DNA from: Nageia nagi
Taxonomy: Eukaryota; Plantae; Pinophyta
Assembly: GCA_050084985.1 (NCBI GenBank)
Contig: JBITNC010000001.1
Coordinates: forward strand, 32,302,001-32,366,000
DNA: 64,000 nucleotides
Direction of reading: 5' to 3'
The stretch's first letter is position 1; every line of letters starts with the position of its first letter. This document shows, in pieces, positions 62,001 through 64,000 of the stretch. The position numbers and the translations under genes are program-made. The notes below the pieces were generated by a model. It was not told the DNA's origin and did not search any database. It saw only the letters and a list, made by a program, of their open reading frames with translations.

Positions 62001-63780
62001 CCTACCTTGCACTGCACGCATGCATGCTATAAAATATTCAGCCAGGTTTTTGTATCTTTGTCTCTCCGGTTCCCACAATTTTTTCTGTTCATCTTCTTCA
62101 TCCTCAATCATTCTGTTACTCATAAACAGATTCCAAACTCTCTTTATCTCTGGATCTAGTGCAACGCTTGGTCTAAACTTATTTATCTTTGATGGGTCAA
62201 AATTTTTTTTATATGGGACCAGAGATAGAGATTCTGCAAAGGAACTAATTCATCCTTCCTTTCAAAAGGTATTGTTTCTTGCAATACTAGAGCAAGAGAT
62301 TCTTCACTACAAATCACTTGATCCTTTCTTTCTAAAGGGGCTGTTTCCTGTGAGACCAAATAGTAACATTCTGCACTGGGAATCAACTCATCCATCATTT
62401 CTAAAGGAATTATTTCCTGTGGGGCCATATGGAGAGATTCTAGACTAGGAATCCAATCACATTTCCATTCTCAAGGTGTTCTTTCCTGTCTGTCATTTAT
62501 ACTGTAGGCATGCTCTTTGCTAAGACTCAGATTCTTTAATCTCTCTACGATGACATCCACTTCACCCATAATTGGCATACCATATTGCAGAAGACTTCTG
62601 TTGCTTTGAGAATTCTCAAGACCGTGTTGAGAAACTATTATGCATCCTTGATCATGAGGATGTTTAGCTAAACACAGGTTCTTGGCAGAGGCTGTCTGCC
62701 AATAGCTGTTGGGTTTAACTTTTATTTGTGATTGCCAGCTAGGCATGACACTATCCAAACCATTTGTAACAGTACCTGAATGGTTTTCAGCAATTTAAGA
62801 AATTCTACATTGTCTCTTTCATGGTGACCTTTTCCCATTAATTTTTATGATGGATGATGCCATTTTGTCATTTTCTACATATGCTTCCGAAATAGTGTGC
62901 ATCTTTTATCGTGCAAGGTCTTTTATCTTGGCTTTCTTTGTTTTCCCAGAACTGAATGAATTGCTTATTCTTGAAAAATCTTCATTTAAACTTTGAACAA
63001 TATTCCTACTTTTCTCCAATATCATTTTTTGTTATTCAGAAAACTGAATTGACTCACTTTTATTATATTGGTTGTCCATAGCTATATCATTCCAATAAGC
63101 AGCAGTTTGAGATCTTGAAATCTCTGAAGTACCTAATATATCCACATATGTAACACAGTTGCTATGCATTACAGGTTCAGACAAATTGGATTTTTTTAGC
63201 TGAAAGTTCTTTGAGGCTTCCTTCTTATTGTTTGTTTTTTTACTGTTGTTTGCTTCTGGAATTTTTCTCCTTGGGAAGCTTACTGTGGACAGTACTATGT
63301 GCTTGGCTCTTCGGACATGACTTCATAACAAATGTAGTTTCTTTTATGACTTTTTCCTGTTGTTTTTTTCTCTTTGGTTTTCAGGAATGAGGCTTTTTTA
63401 TGCAAATACTGCGATCATGTTGTTCTTTCAAGAATCTAACAAACTATCTTTTGGTTGTAATTGTAAAGTTTTGTCTTTAAAGGCATCCTTGCCATTAAAA
63501 GATGGTGATTCTGCCACACATGAAATCTCTAAAGAAATTAAATTCGTCTGCTCTTCCTTTAAGAGTTCAACACCTTCATGAATGCACAGATTGGACACCA
63601 TGTTTGCTACAAGCAGTACATCTTGATCATCATTTTCTGGGGTTGGTGGAGATAATGGCTCACTGGATTAGCCAATCTTTTTGGTTCAGGTTCATTGTGT
63701 CTGGCAGTAATCTCAGAATTATAAACAGGCAAACGGGCTGTAAAAACAGAAACACCATCTCTAATATCAGAACTCTTACA
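59067..63780 (-). pseudogene. DME: DEMETER/ROS1-family DNA glycosylase (demethylase) gene fragment, exons ~63780-62006, 61515-61425, 61235-59067
   Basis: RPSVALDPEIKRVWNLFM...LWEPER...YFIACMRAVQG | NCQFSPWKGSALDSIIGAFLT*NVSDHLSS | SAFVSLAS*FP ... DAINWDAVRCVDVEDIANTIKE*GMNTVLAKRIK|gt. Introns are GT-AG. Many stops are present and the catalytic HhH-GPD/FES exons are missing. The paralogue (DME vs ROS1/DML) is not resolved. Confidence 0.93.
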
Positions 63781-63799
63781 ATTTAAGATGGGTCTTTCA

Positions 63800-64000
63800 A
63801 GACACACTAAAATTGATCCATAAACTATAAGATTACAATTTTCAATTTAATCTATTCTCAGGATCAATTCACACTAAAAACAATTAAGTGCTTGTAAAGG
63901 AAAATCAGGAAAACAAATTGTAAACACAGAGGAGAAAAGCATTCACCATAGAAGAGACAAGCAAAATTTATCTTGGTTCACCCAGTGTGGGCTACATCCA
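63800..64000 (-). mobile_element. Possible retrotransposon LTR fragment at the window edge
   Basis: tttatcttggttcacccagtgtgggctacatcca resembles motifs common in reverse-oriented copia LTRs. It is cut by the window end. Confidence 0.3.

Noticed and set aside
62020-62448. 142-aa plus-strand ORF
   Set aside because: It is the antisense shadow of the DME exon.
59067-63780. Functional DEMETER/ROS1 gene
   Set aside because: There are stops in conserved motifs (FLT*NVSD, KE*GMN), frameshifts, and no glycosylase-core exons.

Overview
Very AT-rich, CpG-depleted plant nuclear DNA. It is most consistent with a large, heavily methylated gymnosperm-type genome (inference from TE types, PLS-PPR content and deamination bias). 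I see no intact protein-coding gene. Left part (1-37.4 kb) is a nest of decayed retrotransposons: a Ty1/copia pol remnant; an LTR-like/gypsy remnant split by a full-length 19.3-kb Tat/Ogre-type Ty3/gypsy element (LTRs 5881-6714 and 24319-25204, gag-PR-RT-RH-aRH-INT, plus a spliced antisense plant-mobile-domain gene); a second related LTR plus leader; a copia-type LTR with a tRNA-Met PBS; and a DUF7869/Sola-like transposase remnant. Right part (37.5-64 kb) is a mosaic of truncated host-gene pseudogene pieces: PLS-PPR, VARICOSE/EDC4, VPS50/syndetin and DEMETER/ROS1, the last three retaining introns. They are interspersed with a GGAGCACATGCTCC minisatellite, telomere-like repeats, a young tRNA-derived SINE and possible Helitron ends. 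The most unusual signal is an array of conserved short motifs separated by variable GNRA-capped hairpins in the 5' leaders of both Tat-family elements. All calls come from manual reading and translation; no database searches were run.
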